64,000 nt of DNA from assembly GCA_964247055.1 (NCBI GenBank), contig OZ176052.1:9734001-9798000 (forward strand). Direction: 5' to 3'. The translations under genes were made by a program, and so were the position numbers. The notes beneath the pieces are model-generated. The model did no database searches, was not told the origin of the DNA, and worked only from the letters and a program-made list of their open reading frames with translations. Of the stretch, positions 40,121 to 53,830 are shown one piece after another. The stretch comes from Paragordius varius (Eukaryota > Animalia > Nematomorpha). The first letter of the stretch is position 1. Each line of letters opens with the position of its first letter.

Positions 40121-43100
40121 AAATCTTAAGATAGCCCTTTATCTCGTGATGTAAGAAGTATATATAATTCAAGATATAATTTTATAAAAAAATAATATAA
40201 AATAAATGTTAATTTTACGACTCTTTTCCAATTTATCGCGGACATTAAATTTTTTGGAGGGGCGCATGTTGGACACCTCTGGACTTACTATATATTGCTC
40301 TTTTAATATAAATTATTATATATAATTGCACTTCAAGAGTGTCCTTCAACATTTCAAGTTGGTCCTCGAACACTTTAAGTTTGTCCTTGACTTCTAGTTG
40401 GTCCTTATTTGAATTTAACCCTTTTGCATGTATTTTTTAAGTTTTCAATGAAAAATATCCAGAAAACTTATATATTTTAAGTGTTAAAATCTTATAAATA
40501 TCCAAAATATTTTTAAGAAATTAATAAAGATATACGGTTTCTCAATAATTAAAAGTTGATATTGATTTAATATTTATGTTAAATATAATAGAATAGGTTA
40601 AAATAAAATAGATGAATGATATACGATTTGATTAATTAATGTTAAAAACAAAACAAAAAAGTCAAAGGACCAACTTGAAATGTTCAATGACCAACTTTAA
40701 GTGTTTAAGGACGGACACTCTTGAAGTGCAAATGGTATATTCCACAAAGGGTATTATTATTATTATTGGCTTAAACTTATTGATTTCATTTTTAACTTCT
40801 TTTAACCATTAATAATGCCTTTTAAATATTCCATCTGGCAATATCAGTGAAAACAGCATTATAGATTTAAAAACTGTATGTTTTACCTTGTATTTATATT
40901 TTAATTAGTGTTAAATATATTCGAACATGGGTGGTAACATGTCATTAAGATTATAAATCATAACAAATTATTTGTTATGAGCCAAACCTTATAGATATGA
41001 ACAATTTTTTAATAAATTTTTTATTTTAATTAAATTATTTGTATGCTTAGATGAAGCCGACAAAATACGAGTAAAGATTTATCATGTTGCAGATCAGGAA
41101 ATAGATTTGGATCGATATTGGCGAATTGATAATATATCTCAAGAATCTTCGAACATTCAAATAATAACGAGATATGGAAAACAGGTGCCATTCAAACTAA
41201 CGGATAAAACAAAACTAAAGTTTAGCATAGTCGGTGTCTATGATAATGCTGGATACCTCACTATAACAGTAAATGGGAAAAAATTGAGAGCGTTTATCTA
41301 CATAAGCAATAAGGTTACTACTTACCCAGCTTATAGAGGTCAATACATTTTTCAACAAGATTGTTCCGACCTGTTTGATGACCCTAACTTAGCCAAAACT
41401 TGTCAATTTGTCCTAAAAGATGATGATGACAAAATATTACAGAGATCCAACTCATCTATTCGAATCAATGAAACTGTGGCAGACAATACTGTATTGCACC
41501 TCTACGTGAATGATGTACATTATCTAACAACAAATATAAAATCGATCGGTATACCTTTTATTTTTTGATAGGAAATTCATTAAAATATATACGATTAATC
41601 GTATTTATTTTTTGATAATAATATGCTGTTGTGTTATCATAGGAATATGGGACGACACAACTGGAGCTGATCCTGGACCAAATAAACTAATTGTAACTTA
41701 TAGTAAGTATTATGTCTAATTATTATAATTTATAATTACTCTGATATAAAAATTCTGTAAGAATCGAGAAATAATTCTAAGGTGAACAAATAGCCCTTTA
41801 GCCAATATTATATTTCAAAATTCTAATAATATTCTTCCCATAAACATTATATTTAAGTTTTAATTGTTACTATAGAAAGTGAATTTAATCTCCAATGTTT
41901 TACAGGATTTTTTATAAGTATGGGCAAAATTTTATAGTTTTGGTCAAATCTGGACCAAAAAACCATATTTTTCCATAAAATAAACACAAATACGCTACAT
42001 TCGATTACTTAAATTAAGCATACACAACTTCGTATTTAAATCACTGACACAGGAAAGAGTATGAGTAAACACACATTTTATTTTTCGAATTCGATCGCAA
42101 CTAGACATAATCCTAATGCATATATTAGGCTTAAAGTTATATAAAATGACTAGCGTAAATCTCGTGCTGCTACGCAGCCCGAGGAAATCCTTCGGACTTC
42201 TGGGGGGGGGGGGGGGGGAGCTGGGGGGGTTATTTGAAAAAAGGGACAATAAAATGATTATAATACGGTGCATTCATACATTGATTGTTTACTTGAGGGA
42301 AAAATAGATTTAAAAAAATATTTATACGTATGATAGAAACTCCTTACTCAGCAGCTATCATTAAAGAAACGCTTGACTAAAATTTTTGCCTTTTAACAGG
42401 CAATACGAAAAAACCTTCTCGAATTTTTAGAGTCTCATACCTTGGGCAAAAAAATACAATCAAAAAATTATTTTTGTGGACTTTGTTTTTTTTTTTAAAA
42501 AAGACATTTTACGGGGGTAGCGGGTAAAAAGAGGGCCTAAATCAAAAAAGTGAGTAGACTATGTTCAGCGTGATCAAAAATAAGTAAACAAAAATCATAT
42601 TTGAAATTGAATGGTCCAACAGGTTCTCCAAAAAATAGACTCAACCCATTTTTCACACGGGGTAGGCCTGAACTGGGGACCTTATTCCAAAAAAGGGCGA
42701 AGCTATTGTCGGGGCATTCATTAATGATTAAATTTTTTCGATGTTTGGATTTGATTGGGTTCACCGGTTTTCCGGAAACAGGTCACAAAGTTACATGAAA
42801 AATCGGTTTTTAGCGGGTAGCTCCTTACCCAGCAGCTATCATCATAGAAACGCTTGACTAAAATTTTTGCCTTTCAACAGGGAATACGTGGAATCCATAT
42901 AGAATTTTTACGATCTCATACCTAGGGCGAAAAATCGATTTAAAAAATCATTTTTGTGGACTTTGTTTTTTGAAAAAAATGGCATTTTACGGGGGTAGGG
43001 GGTAAAAAGAGGGCCTAAATCAAAAAAGTGACTCGACTATGTTCGGCGCAATCGAAAATAAGTAAACAAAAATCATATTTGAAATTGAATGGTCCAACAC

Positions 43101-44752
43101 GTTCTCGGAAAATTGTCTCAAAGACACGATTTTTGTGGACTTCTGTTTTCAAAAAAAACCGTTTTTCACACGGGGTGGGCCCGAACTGGGGGCCTATTTG
43201 AAAAAAAGGGCCCAGCTATTGTCGGGGCATTCATTAATGATTATATATTTTCGAAGTTTGGATTTGAATGGGTCTACCGGTTTTCCTGTACCAGATCACA
43301 AAGCCAGCATTTTTCATTTTTATAAATATATAGATTTATTAAAAACTTGTGTCTATTCAAAAATGAGTACTTATTATCTTTACGGTTGATGTCTTAATTT
43401 TTTGGTGAATTTCATAACACATTTTTAAGAATCGACAATATATTTTTTATAAAATTTAATCGATGGACGAATGTCTTATATATAAATATTCTACGACATA
43501 GATAAATAAAATTCTATACCGAACCAATGGTATTAAAAAATTCAAGCAATATAATTTTTCCGAGTTTTAGCCATTACTTTAAAAATAATATATTAAGAGT
43601 AAAGATGGTACGTTTTTTATAATTTTTGTGAGACGCATGAAAATTCAAGAAGGGCCGCGTGTTTTCATTCGTTATCAAATTATATATTATAAATTTTTTA
43701 GCTAGAAGTGTGAGACGCTACTATAAATGTGAGAAGATTGTTAGTTTCTCAACAATAGAGTGGGATATTGAAGATACTGAGCTGTTAGGGCCTTCATTTG
43801 AATATTTAACCAAGTTGGAAGCTTACATGGACAAAAATAAAATTGTAATAACTGGTCCTACGACAGAAATATCCAAATATCACCATATTTATCTTCTTAA
43901 ATCGAATGCCCTTCACGAGATAATTTTGGAACCGCAAGAATGCCAATCTGGATCTAAAAGTAAATAATTGCCCTGAGAATCATTGTATAAACACCTTTAA
44001 TGATATTTTTATTTGGGATATCACTATATAGACATTTTTTTCATTCAAATCTAACATTTTTTTAACTTCATAACTTTAGACTTACCATACTCAACACTTT
44101 TCCGAATAAACTCAACTTTCCAACGGCATTCGAATTCAACACTAATTATTTTATTATTAAAAATAATAAAAATTAAAATTAAAAATTAACTAAAGTTTGA
44201 TTGAAAAAGTTTGGTCGGAAAATTTTGTTTATAGTTTAAAAAGTATTAAGTAAATAAAGAGTTATATGTAATTTAAAAATAATGGTTGTACGGAAAAAAT
44301 GATAATTTTGGTTCGGATTGAATGAAAAAAGAGAAGTTTGGTTGAAAAATATTTCTATCAAAAATTATTATCTTTGGTTGAAGATGAAATAATTGATAAT
44401 CGATATACTGATATTTTATACTTATTATAGCAGTAACAAAATAGGTGCTAAACTAGAATTTATATTAAGCATTCTCCCTAAGTATTGCTGCTTATATTTA
44501 ATTAAAACATTGTACCAAATTAATTTAGATATTGAATGGGACAATGGTGAAAATACTTGGTTTCAAATTAAACCATACCTCCTGCCATATCAATACAGTA
44601 CAAGAATGACAGTGTATAATGCTAAATATCGGTATCAATATACAGCCCAATGTGGAGCGGATCTTTGTAAAAATTTACGGCTTTCCCCTGGAGATTATGT
44701 CAAAATTATTAACAATCAATATACATTAAATATCAGACCAATGGAATACTAA
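39649..44752 (+). CDS. Orphan secreted protein, ~460 aa, 5 exons
   Basis: Exons 39649-39988 (or 39985), 41051-41548, 41643-41702, 43702-43959, 44529-44752 join in frame through phase-1 GT-AG introns. Signal-peptide-like MLLPFIFILFSCHNILA; no TM segment or recognised domain. Confidence 0.75.
40005..40281. mobile_element. hAT-Charlie/Buster-type MITE containing a (TA)n tract
   Basis: Ends aggggtgtccaacac / gttggacacctctg; flanks aacttagt / gacttact (6/8). Confidence 0.7.
40324..40733. mobile_element. MITE with sub-repeated TIRs
   Basis: ttgcacttcaagagtgtcc / ggacactcttgaagtgcaa; repeated aagttggtcc units in both arms. Confidence 0.7.
42149..43336 (+). mobile_element. Helentron/DINE-1-like element with ~480-bp internal tandem duplication
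   Basis: 5' actagcgtaaatctcgtgctgctacgcagcccg, poly-G tract, two ~480-bp GC-richer units (gagggcctaaatcaaaaaagtga at ~42531 and ~43009), 3' end cacaaagccagcattttt...atatatagatt. Confidence 0.6.
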
Positions 44753-45605
44753 AACTTTTTTGATCTTGTTTACACTTTAACATGATTTATAAATGGTTAT
44801 CATAATAAATATATTCAAATTATCATTGATCAGTTTTTCAGCTCATAAAATGTAATGATGGCGTCAATTACATTTGACCTGGTAAACCAAACTACATATT
44901 TAATAATTAAACAAAACATGACAGGAATCCGATTTTTAGGAGTTGGAATGATTTGTCATTTAGTTTGATGTGTATCATTATCTGATTGTCTCTTAACTTT
45001 GACTCCTAAAAATCCAATATTGAAATATTTTAAAAAATGAAAAATTTACTAACTGGATCTCAAAATATTGTATTATTTTAAAAGAAAGTATTATTACAAA
45101 ATGAAATCCGGCTAATAAATTTTCTGTTTTTTAAAATTTTTTATTATTAGGTTTTTTAAAGTTAGTTAGTGTGCATATATCTCATCTAAGGTTTGAATGT
45201 GCGATGTTAAAAAGCGTAAATGCATTATTCACAATTTTAAAATATATATATAAGGTGAATATAATAAAGAAATTAAGTTAGATAGTACACATAACCAATA
45301 TGAATATTAATAAGTCAAAACTATGTAATTTGGATATACTCTTGGTAGTGAAAATAATTATTTCATATAGAACAATAATTTTCGTAAGTAAAAATTTCAG
45401 TGGACCCTTCCCCACTCCGATATGGGCAAAATACACGGGTCATTATACATATCATGATCTTTGAATTAAATTTAACAAATATATTTTATATAAAATATTT
45501 ATATTTTAAAGCATAAACATTTGAAAAAATTATATTATGGAATAATTTAATTTATTTAGATCTCTCATTTATAGGGGCTATATATTAAAAAAGATTAACT
45601 GTAAC

Positions 45606-46951
45606 TAGGGTTGTGCCCATTAGTCAATGACCTAGGGTCATGACCTAGGTCATGACCATGGTCATGACCACGAAAAAAAATGACCTAGGTCAATTTTTTT
45701 ATTTTTTTTAATTTTTTATTTTTTTAATTTTACAATTTTCAGGAAAACAAAACCTTATATTATCTATGTAAGTATTATTTTTTTTAAATATCATATCACA
45801 TCTTTTCTTTACTTCCTAAATTATAATGAAATCAGCCTTGTGGAAATTTTTCGATCAAAAAAAATCAAGTTACATGCAAGAAATGCAATTACACTATAAC
45901 CGAATGAAGAGGGTGATGGTCGAAAGCAAGCTAATTATTTAATTTCTTAAGTTTATTCTTAAAAATTTCTGCTTTTAAGAGAAATTAGCCAGAAACATTT
46001 AGCAAAATTTATTTTTACATCCTCAACTCTTAACATAGTTGAAAATAAACATTTACGGGGTTTCATTCATAGTTTAAACCTAATTATGCTATTCCAAATA
46101 CAAAACAGATCAATTATTACTAAATTCGTGTTATGAAGATATAAAATAGAAGTTATTGGAATATGTAAAAATAATATTTCATTAATCGTCGATCCCTATA
46201 CCAATATTCGTAGGAAGCAAATTAATATTATTTATTGAAGGATCTCAATCATTTTTTATGACACATCTTATCATAGTAAGACTGCCGAATGTTTCTATAA
46301 CATAATGGAACCAATAAAAGATATTCGAAATTTAAAAATTAATGCCATTGTGACCGATAATTCCAGCGAACATGAAGGCTGCTGAAAATTTGATTAATAA
46401 AGAATATCCTTATATAATATGGCATAAATGCCAATGTTATATTTTAAATAATTTAATTAAAGAATATATTAAACTTAATAATATTACTGAAATTTTAAAT
46501 GTAGTGAGCACGATTATATATTAAATCTAATAAATCGTATAAAAAATTTCCAAGTATTATTTTTTTTTGAACTATCCTAAGTTAACGTTAAGTTCATGGA
46601 CAAGGACTCGTTTTTACACAATCTAAATAATTAGAGCATAAATAGGTTTTAATAAATCCATATTTTCTTGTTAGTCTAGCTTTCTGTGATTTGAAACTTT
46701 CTATAAGTCTTTATGTATGTTTCCAGGAAAGATCGTCAATTTTAGAAATTTAAATCATTAGTATTGGTGAAATTATAATTTTAAAAAAATATATACTTTA
46801 TGTAAAAACTTTTTTACGTCATTTAATCAAGTATTTATGTATGTAGTTATTTATTATTGGCAATAACATATGGTATGACCTAGGTCAGACCTAGGTCGGA
46901 CCTATGTCTGACCCCCTTTTTCGAAAAAAGGGGGTCAAAATCACAACCCTA
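45606..46951 (+). mobile_element. Internally deleted hAT transposon with perfect 8-bp TSD
   Basis: TIRs tagggttgtg / cacaacccta; TSD actgtaac at 45598-45605 and 46952-46959; decayed transposase VTDNSS-NMKAAENLINKEYPYIIWHKCQCYILNNLIK; subterminal TGACCTAGGTCA palindromes. Confidence 0.9.
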
Positions 46952-47440
46952 ACTGTAACTAATAAGAAATTGTGTGAACACACTAATCCAGAATGTTTTG
47001 TTAATAAACTATAAGTTTAAAATATGATTGTAACAATGTATATAAATATATATATACATATATTATTATATTATTAAATTAGGGCTATTAATATTATTTA
47101 AAATAAGATAACTATTTTTCCATTTAAAATTAATCAGTGAATTAGTGTGTAAAGTCTTTGGTTCTGTTTACATAGTAACCATTCTCCACCGGTACTTAGT
47201 GTTGAGTGGTTCTCATTATCAATCATATTTTAATCGCAAAGATTGGAGCTGGGGATAACAGTATTCAGTTTCAAGTTTTCTCAAGTCAATGATTTTCCAT
47301 GTTTTCTCGTCTTTCCTTTTAGCTCTAAGTTGATCTGTGTATTCCCCCTATCTTTAACCTCATATGATAATAAACAATTTTGGATTACCATTTTTATTTC
47401 TTGTTTTTAGATGATTCTATGAACATTTTCCAATCTAGAG

Positions 47441-48927
47441 CAGGGCTTTTTAAACTATTGTTTGCAACCCCATTTGGGGTCGCGTAGCAAAATTATGGGG
47501 TCGCGAGTGATAAAATTACAATTTAACAAAAAATGTTTTTAGTTTACAATTATTGTTCTAAAGAAAAATAACAATCATCGTAGATAAATTTATCATAAAA
47601 TTTTCTGGTTCGGAAAGACTGTTTATACCAGCATTTCTTTTCCGATCATTATAATCTGTATATTTATAAAAATGGAAAATGCTGGCTTTGTGATTTTCCC
47701 TTGTTTTTTCCCATCATAGCTGGGGCACCATCTGTTGTCAAACAAGATAGCGCCCTCATATTTAATTTACTGACAATACATTTTAAAAGTGCATGAAACA
47801 TATCATCTCCCTTAGTTGTATTTTTCGTCGGAAGTAAGTCTAACATGTCTTCTGTTATATTAAAAAATTCATCTATCCCTGAATAAAGACTATTAATTGT
47901 GATATGTTGCTTATATCTGTGCTTTCATCAAATGACAAGGAAAACGCCACAAAATTTTGAATTCCTTTTTTAGGGAAAGTTGAATTTCTTCTGCTATGTC
48001 TGTAATTCGTCGACACATAGTATTGCGCGAAAGACTTATACTGGATATTAATTCAATTTTATTAGGCAAAACACATTTTATAATTTCCAGTACGCATTCC
48101 TTTAAAAACTCATCACCAGAATAAGGCTTCATTTTTTTGGCGAGTAAATTGGCCACAATATAACTTGCCTTTACTATCGGATAAGGTTGCGTGAATAAAA
48201 TTGTTGGTTGGAGATTATTTATATTTTTTAAAGATTCTAATTTTATTATTTTCATTTCTGTAGTCATATTAATGAAATCCAAATGCATCATGGTATTGGC
48301 ATGTCCTTTTAAATTATATTCGTGAAACCCGTTTGTCGTAAATTTGCAAATAAGGCACTCCGCTTTGTTGAAAATTTGAGTAAACTCATATTTTAATTCC
48401 CAGTCGGGATTGTATTTTCTAGTTACTTTTTTAGATTTATGCATATTGAAAGCTAAATAAATTATTTTAAATACCTATTTTTTTGCAAGTAATTTACTGT
48501 TTCAATGGACCCAAATTATAATTCCCAGTATTGGTATGAAAGCTAAATAAATTATTTTAACCTATTTTTTTGCAATTTAATGTTTCAATGGACCCAATTT
48601 ATAATTCCCAGTATTGGTGTGAAAGCTAAATAAATTATTTTAAATACCTATTTTTTGCAAGTAATTTAATGTTTTATTTAATATGAAAGTTATCATCATG
48701 AAGTTGGAATATAAATGATTAAATGAATGCGATGATAGATATTTATAATAAAGAATTTTATTAAAAGTTTCTAAAAATAATTTAAATGTCAAAATAAAAA
48801 TGCATAATTTACGTATAAAAATTTTTTAAAAAAAATTAGAAATTATTTTTTTTCAAAATTTTCAAAGAGCCACTCAAATTTTCAATGAGCCACTAGTGGC
48901 TCGCGAGTACGGTGTTGGACACCCCTG
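47441..48927 (-). mobile_element. Internally deleted hAT-Charlie/Buster (SPIN-like) transposon
   Basis: ORF fragments 48444-47911 (CLIC..YNLK.H; KASYIVANLLAKKMKPYS; ISLSRNTMCRRI) and 47846-47700 (TTKGDDMF; TTDGAPAMMG). Ends cagggc / ccctg, flanks atctagag / atatagac (6/8). About 2.5 copies of an ~88-bp tandem repeat at 48447-48670. Confidence 0.85.
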
Positions 48928-49849
48928 ATATAGACAGATCATTATATAACAAAGAGATATACAATAAATTGATCCTTTTTTTACTATATCTGACGTTACT
49001 TGTGGTCCCATCTAAAAAACATCTAGAGCAAATTATTTAGAACAACACCTTTGAATAGGGATTTTATCTCATGAACACAAAAATAAGTGTTTAAAGTTTT
49101 TTCATTTTTGTCATGTTAATTATTGCTTCAAAAATAAAAAAATTTGACCATGAAAACAAATATATATATAGTTTTTATTTATATTTTTGTCGTTCATCAT
49201 GTAAATTAATTTCATTCGCTGTTTAAGTTATATTTGTTATAAACATCTTTTTATACAATTTATTTGATAAAGATTTCTTTTATAACAAAAGGTGATTTGG
49301 GTTTATATAATAAATTTTAAAAAAGCTCTTAAAAAAGTGAGCATCATTGTTCTCATGGTATTATTTTATATTAATAGCGGTAATTGAATAAACAATTCGC
49401 ACAAAAACGTCATAACTTTATAAAAGCAATGCGAAAATCAGAAAAAATAAATAGTAACTATATAGTAAGATTCTTAAAACATCATTCATTCACTCTTTCA
49501 TTTCTGTATTATAAGAAAACTATAGGTGTATTGTAAATCTACTTTGTAATCATTCCCTTTATTAGTAATGATAGTTGTATGGTAATGGTATGCCACCTAC
49601 TCAATAAATGCCTTTCCTTTTTTCCTTTAACTCATCGAAAAAAATTTATAAATGGGCATGGTTCTTTTTGTTTCTCTTTATTTTACCAATATTTATATTT
49701 TAACGCGTAATATTTATTTATTTTATACTAATTTTCCATCTTTCCATTGTATTTCATTATGTTACTCGCTTTAACACTCCATAATTTTTTGGGTCCAGCG
49801 ATTAAAAATTTGAATATCTAAAAAAGTTTATAAGTTAAGCCGAGTTCTA

Positions 49850-51222
49850 ATATATGCTATATTTATTTTAAGCGCGTTATTACTTCGATTTAAATTGGGG
49901 TATCTAGGGACCCCAGACTCTTTTAAGTTTATATTTTTCAAAAAACTACTGAAAGAAACAGTTGAACTTAAATTTATGCTTCTACCCCTAATAAAAATTA
50001 TATAAATAAACCAAAATATTTAAATAAAATTTAGTTTTGAAAAGAAAACAACTTCAACGCCATTTTTATTTTCGAACATTTTTGCATGTTGTATTTGATT
50101 TCTAGGCTAAAATTGTTTACTTTTTTATAAAAATTACATTTAAATATAATGAGAAAAAGTGTTTTTGCTTTATTTTTGTTAGTTTATGCACACATATCAT
50201 ATTGGCTAAATTTTTACTTTTGGGTTTTACCTCTCAATAAGTAATTTCTATTTTTTAATGATTTTTTTTTTCGATTTAATTATGTTATATAATAAACTTT
50301 GCCTTGGTTTTAATTCCATATTTTTTGAAATATTTAATTTTAAACAGGCCTGGAGTCAACGACCCCAACGAAGCTGAAATGAATGTGTTGTATCCAAATG
50401 TTATACAAAATAAAATTGTAAACAATCCTCATCTCAATCTTTTTCGCCGCCATTATTTTAATTCAAAAATGCAACAGGCGAATGAAAGTATATTATTATG
50501 GTTGAAAATGTGAATAATTAGCAAAAAAATTTCGGGCAACATTTAACCAGCAAAATTTGATATATTTTGGTTCAAATATCAGCTGTTCTTTTTAATCGTG
50601 TTATGGAGCTGTCACAATTTTGACTCTAGAAGTCACAAAATATATTTTTTTTATCTGATACATGAAAACAATGTTTGATAATAAAATTTAACTAGAATAA
50701 CTTTCAAAATAGTGTTTAATTTACAAAATTGAGCCCTAAAATATAAACTATCCCTAGCTAGAGAAAAAAGCGAGAAAGCATGAAGTGTTAAGCCTATATC
50801 AAATATGTATTATAATTATACCATTTTTCTCTGAACGATATTCATTCAAGATTATAGCATACAAACGTGCTCATATATATAATAAATTTTAAAAAAAATG
50901 TTTATGAGATGAAAATTGTCACTTAAGTGTTATATTAATTTATATCAAAATTAGGACAAATTAAATTTATTGTTTTTGTTGTTTTTTAAATATCAGAATG
51001 TAGCATTTGTCGAGCATAATATTAACATTCTTAACGAAGATATTATGTTAACGGAATCGTTTTTATTGGATATAATATTTGAAAATTACCTGCTATAATT
51101 TGGTAAAACTAAAAGTATAACAATATAGATTCGAATTTAAAATTTATTTATTTTTATGTAAATTTATATTTTAAAAGCAAAGATTAAGATATGATAATAT
51201 AGACATGTATTCGTTTGTCGAC

Positions 51223-51263
<41 letters not shown>

Positions 51264-52560
51264 GCTTCTAACACTTCGATTCAATTGAAGTATTTTATGC
51301 TCAGATTATTAAGCTGATATTTTCAAAAAATTGAAGAAACGGTCTCAATTTAAATTTATGCTTCTATCCTAATAAGTCAAAATTACTTAAAAGTTTCATA
51401 TCAAACTGACGTCATTTTAATTTTAGATTTTGGAAAATACCGTGTTTATTTAACACTTGGATACAACGCATTCATTTCAGTCCTTCGATTCAGATTGGGG
51501 TATTTAAATACCCCAGGCTTGTTTAAAATTAAATATATAATAAAATATACAATAAAAGGAAACCATTGCAAATCACTTATATAAGATTACTGAACCGAAA
51601 TATAATAAAAAATTTGTTCAAAATACTTCATATTAATTAAGAGGCAAATATAGGTAAAATTTTATCAAACATGACATGTGTGCATAAGCTAAATGTAAAA
51701 ATAATGCAAAATGTACCACTTTTTCTGTTTATAACAATGTTAAATGTGATTTATTAAAAATGTAAACTTAATTTTAGTAGAATCAAACAAACACGATATT
51801 TTGAAAAAATTTGTAAAGTAAAAATGGCGTCAAAATAGTTTGATACGGAACTTTTTCTCCAAAACGAAATTTTATTTTGATATTTATATAATTTTTATAA
51901 GGAAGAAGCAAAAATTGAAAAGGAAACCGTTTCTTTCAGTAGTTTTTTAAAAATATTAATTTAAATATTGTATTTAGATACCCCAATTTGAATCGTTTTA
52001 ATTTTAAAGCTATTGATAGAAAGAGAAAAAGTTTATTTTTTAATTTAAATATTGCATACATGCCATGTTGACTAAACTTTTACCTTTGGGCTTAAAGAAA
52101 GTATTAATAAGTATATGTAAAATTTTGTTTGATATTTCTGTTTATTAATATTTGGATACAACACATTCATTTCAGTTCTTAGATTCAAATTGAGTTAGGC
52201 CTGTTTAAAATTAATTTCTTTAAAAAATATGAAAGGAATCGAATCCATGGCAAAATTTTGCACTATATAACAATAATAAACCGAAATTTTTAGAAAATTC
52301 TATTTAAAAATACGATATTACATGTTTTAGCTAAGCAAAGGTAAAAATTTGGTCAACGTGACATGAATGCAATAATCGAAAAATAATTCAAAATAAACCA
52401 TTTTTCTATTTTTATCAATGATAGATGTGATTTAAGTAAAAAATTAGCTTTCTAACCCTTAAATTAAATGAAGACAATATTTTTCAAAAAATTTGTAAAA
52501 TAAATATGGCGTCGAAGTAGTTTGACATGAAACTTTTTTTCAAAACGAAATTTTGTTTAC

Positions 52561-52601
<41 letters not shown>

Positions 52602-53830
52602 TATTTGGATACAAGCATAAATATTAATTGGAACCGTTTTCTTAAGTAGTTTTATAAATATCCTAACTTAAATTTAGTCTGGGGTATTTAAATACCCCAA
52701 TTTAAGTGTTGATGCAAACTTTTGGCATAAATTATAATTTCCATATTTTTTGAATATTAAATTTTAACCAGGATTGGATATCTAACGACCCCAATTTATA
52801 CCGAAGGACTAGAATGTGTTATATCCAAGTAACAGACAATTATTTTCAAATTAAAGTCAAACACATATTTAGAACATAAATCTGATGTGATAAAAATCAG
52901 CATCATCGATTTATATAGAAATTTTTTCACAGTGCTCAAAAAACTGATGAAATACAAAAATATCAATAAATATATTATAAACTACATATAAAATGCAAAA
53001 CAAAATTCTTTAAAAAATTCAATTTTTAGATGTGGGCTCCGAAAGTCCCATTTTACCCTTCTAAACTATGCAAAATGCGGGAATTGCGCGATAATATATG
53101 CTATTTTGATATCAACTAATAATAATTTTAAAATATTGTATACATTTTTCAAAAATTTAATTTTAGCATGTTAAAGAGTACTATTTTTTTGAGGCATGTT
53201 GGAAACGGTATAGATACTAAAAAAACATTTTTATATATCGATGATGCTAAACATTTCTATATCAGAATATTTTGATTAAATTGGTTCGTCTTCAAATTAA
53301 TGTATATTTTGGATTTCTATACATTACCAAAATTATAAATCAAACGAAACCATTTATAATTCTGAGGTAATAGAAATGTTCAGCATCATCAAATTATAAG
53401 AAAAGGTGTTTTTATGATATCTAAAATCCCTTTTAAACCGTTCCCATCATGCTAAAAAATAGGATAAAGTAGGCAAAAAATTTAAATTATGTGCTCCAAT
53501 TTTTAATTTATCGCGCAAACCCGACATTTTTGCGTTTATTTTAAGAGAACTAGCCCATTTTCGAAGAGCGAACGGATTTAAGACTCTCGCAGCCCAAATC
53601 TAATGATTTTTTAAAAATACTGTTTTGCTTTTTATATGCAGTTTGAAGCCTTTACTTCTAACAAAATAATTTTATATAAAAAAAGTGCGTAAATTTTGCC
53701 ATTTTCTGATATGGAGCAGTTACCACAATGGAAACAACTTTCGTATTCAACCATAAGCACCATGATAATTTTAATTCATTTTTCTATCAGAATAATTTTT
53801 ATCAGAACCAAATATCCAATTTTGAGATAT
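49850..53830. repeat. Cluster of diverged long foldback and tandem repeat elements
   Basis: Palindrome ggggtatttaaatacccc at ~51497 and ~52681; two ~670-bp tandem units (51460-52130, 52140-52800); 53030-53820 is a hairpin of the same family as 8818-11708. Confidence 0.55.

Noticed and set aside
41995-43389. Several overlapping 60-90 aa ORFs on both strands
   Set aside because: They lie in the tandem units of a Helentron/DINE-like repeat inside an intron; paired ORFs simply mirror the duplication.
47160-47430. Coding-looking minus-strand fragment (GEYTDQLRAKRKDEKTWKIIDLRKLETEYCYPQLQSLRL)
   Set aside because: Stops in all frames, no splice partners and no recognised motif; probably an old TE or pseudogene relic.
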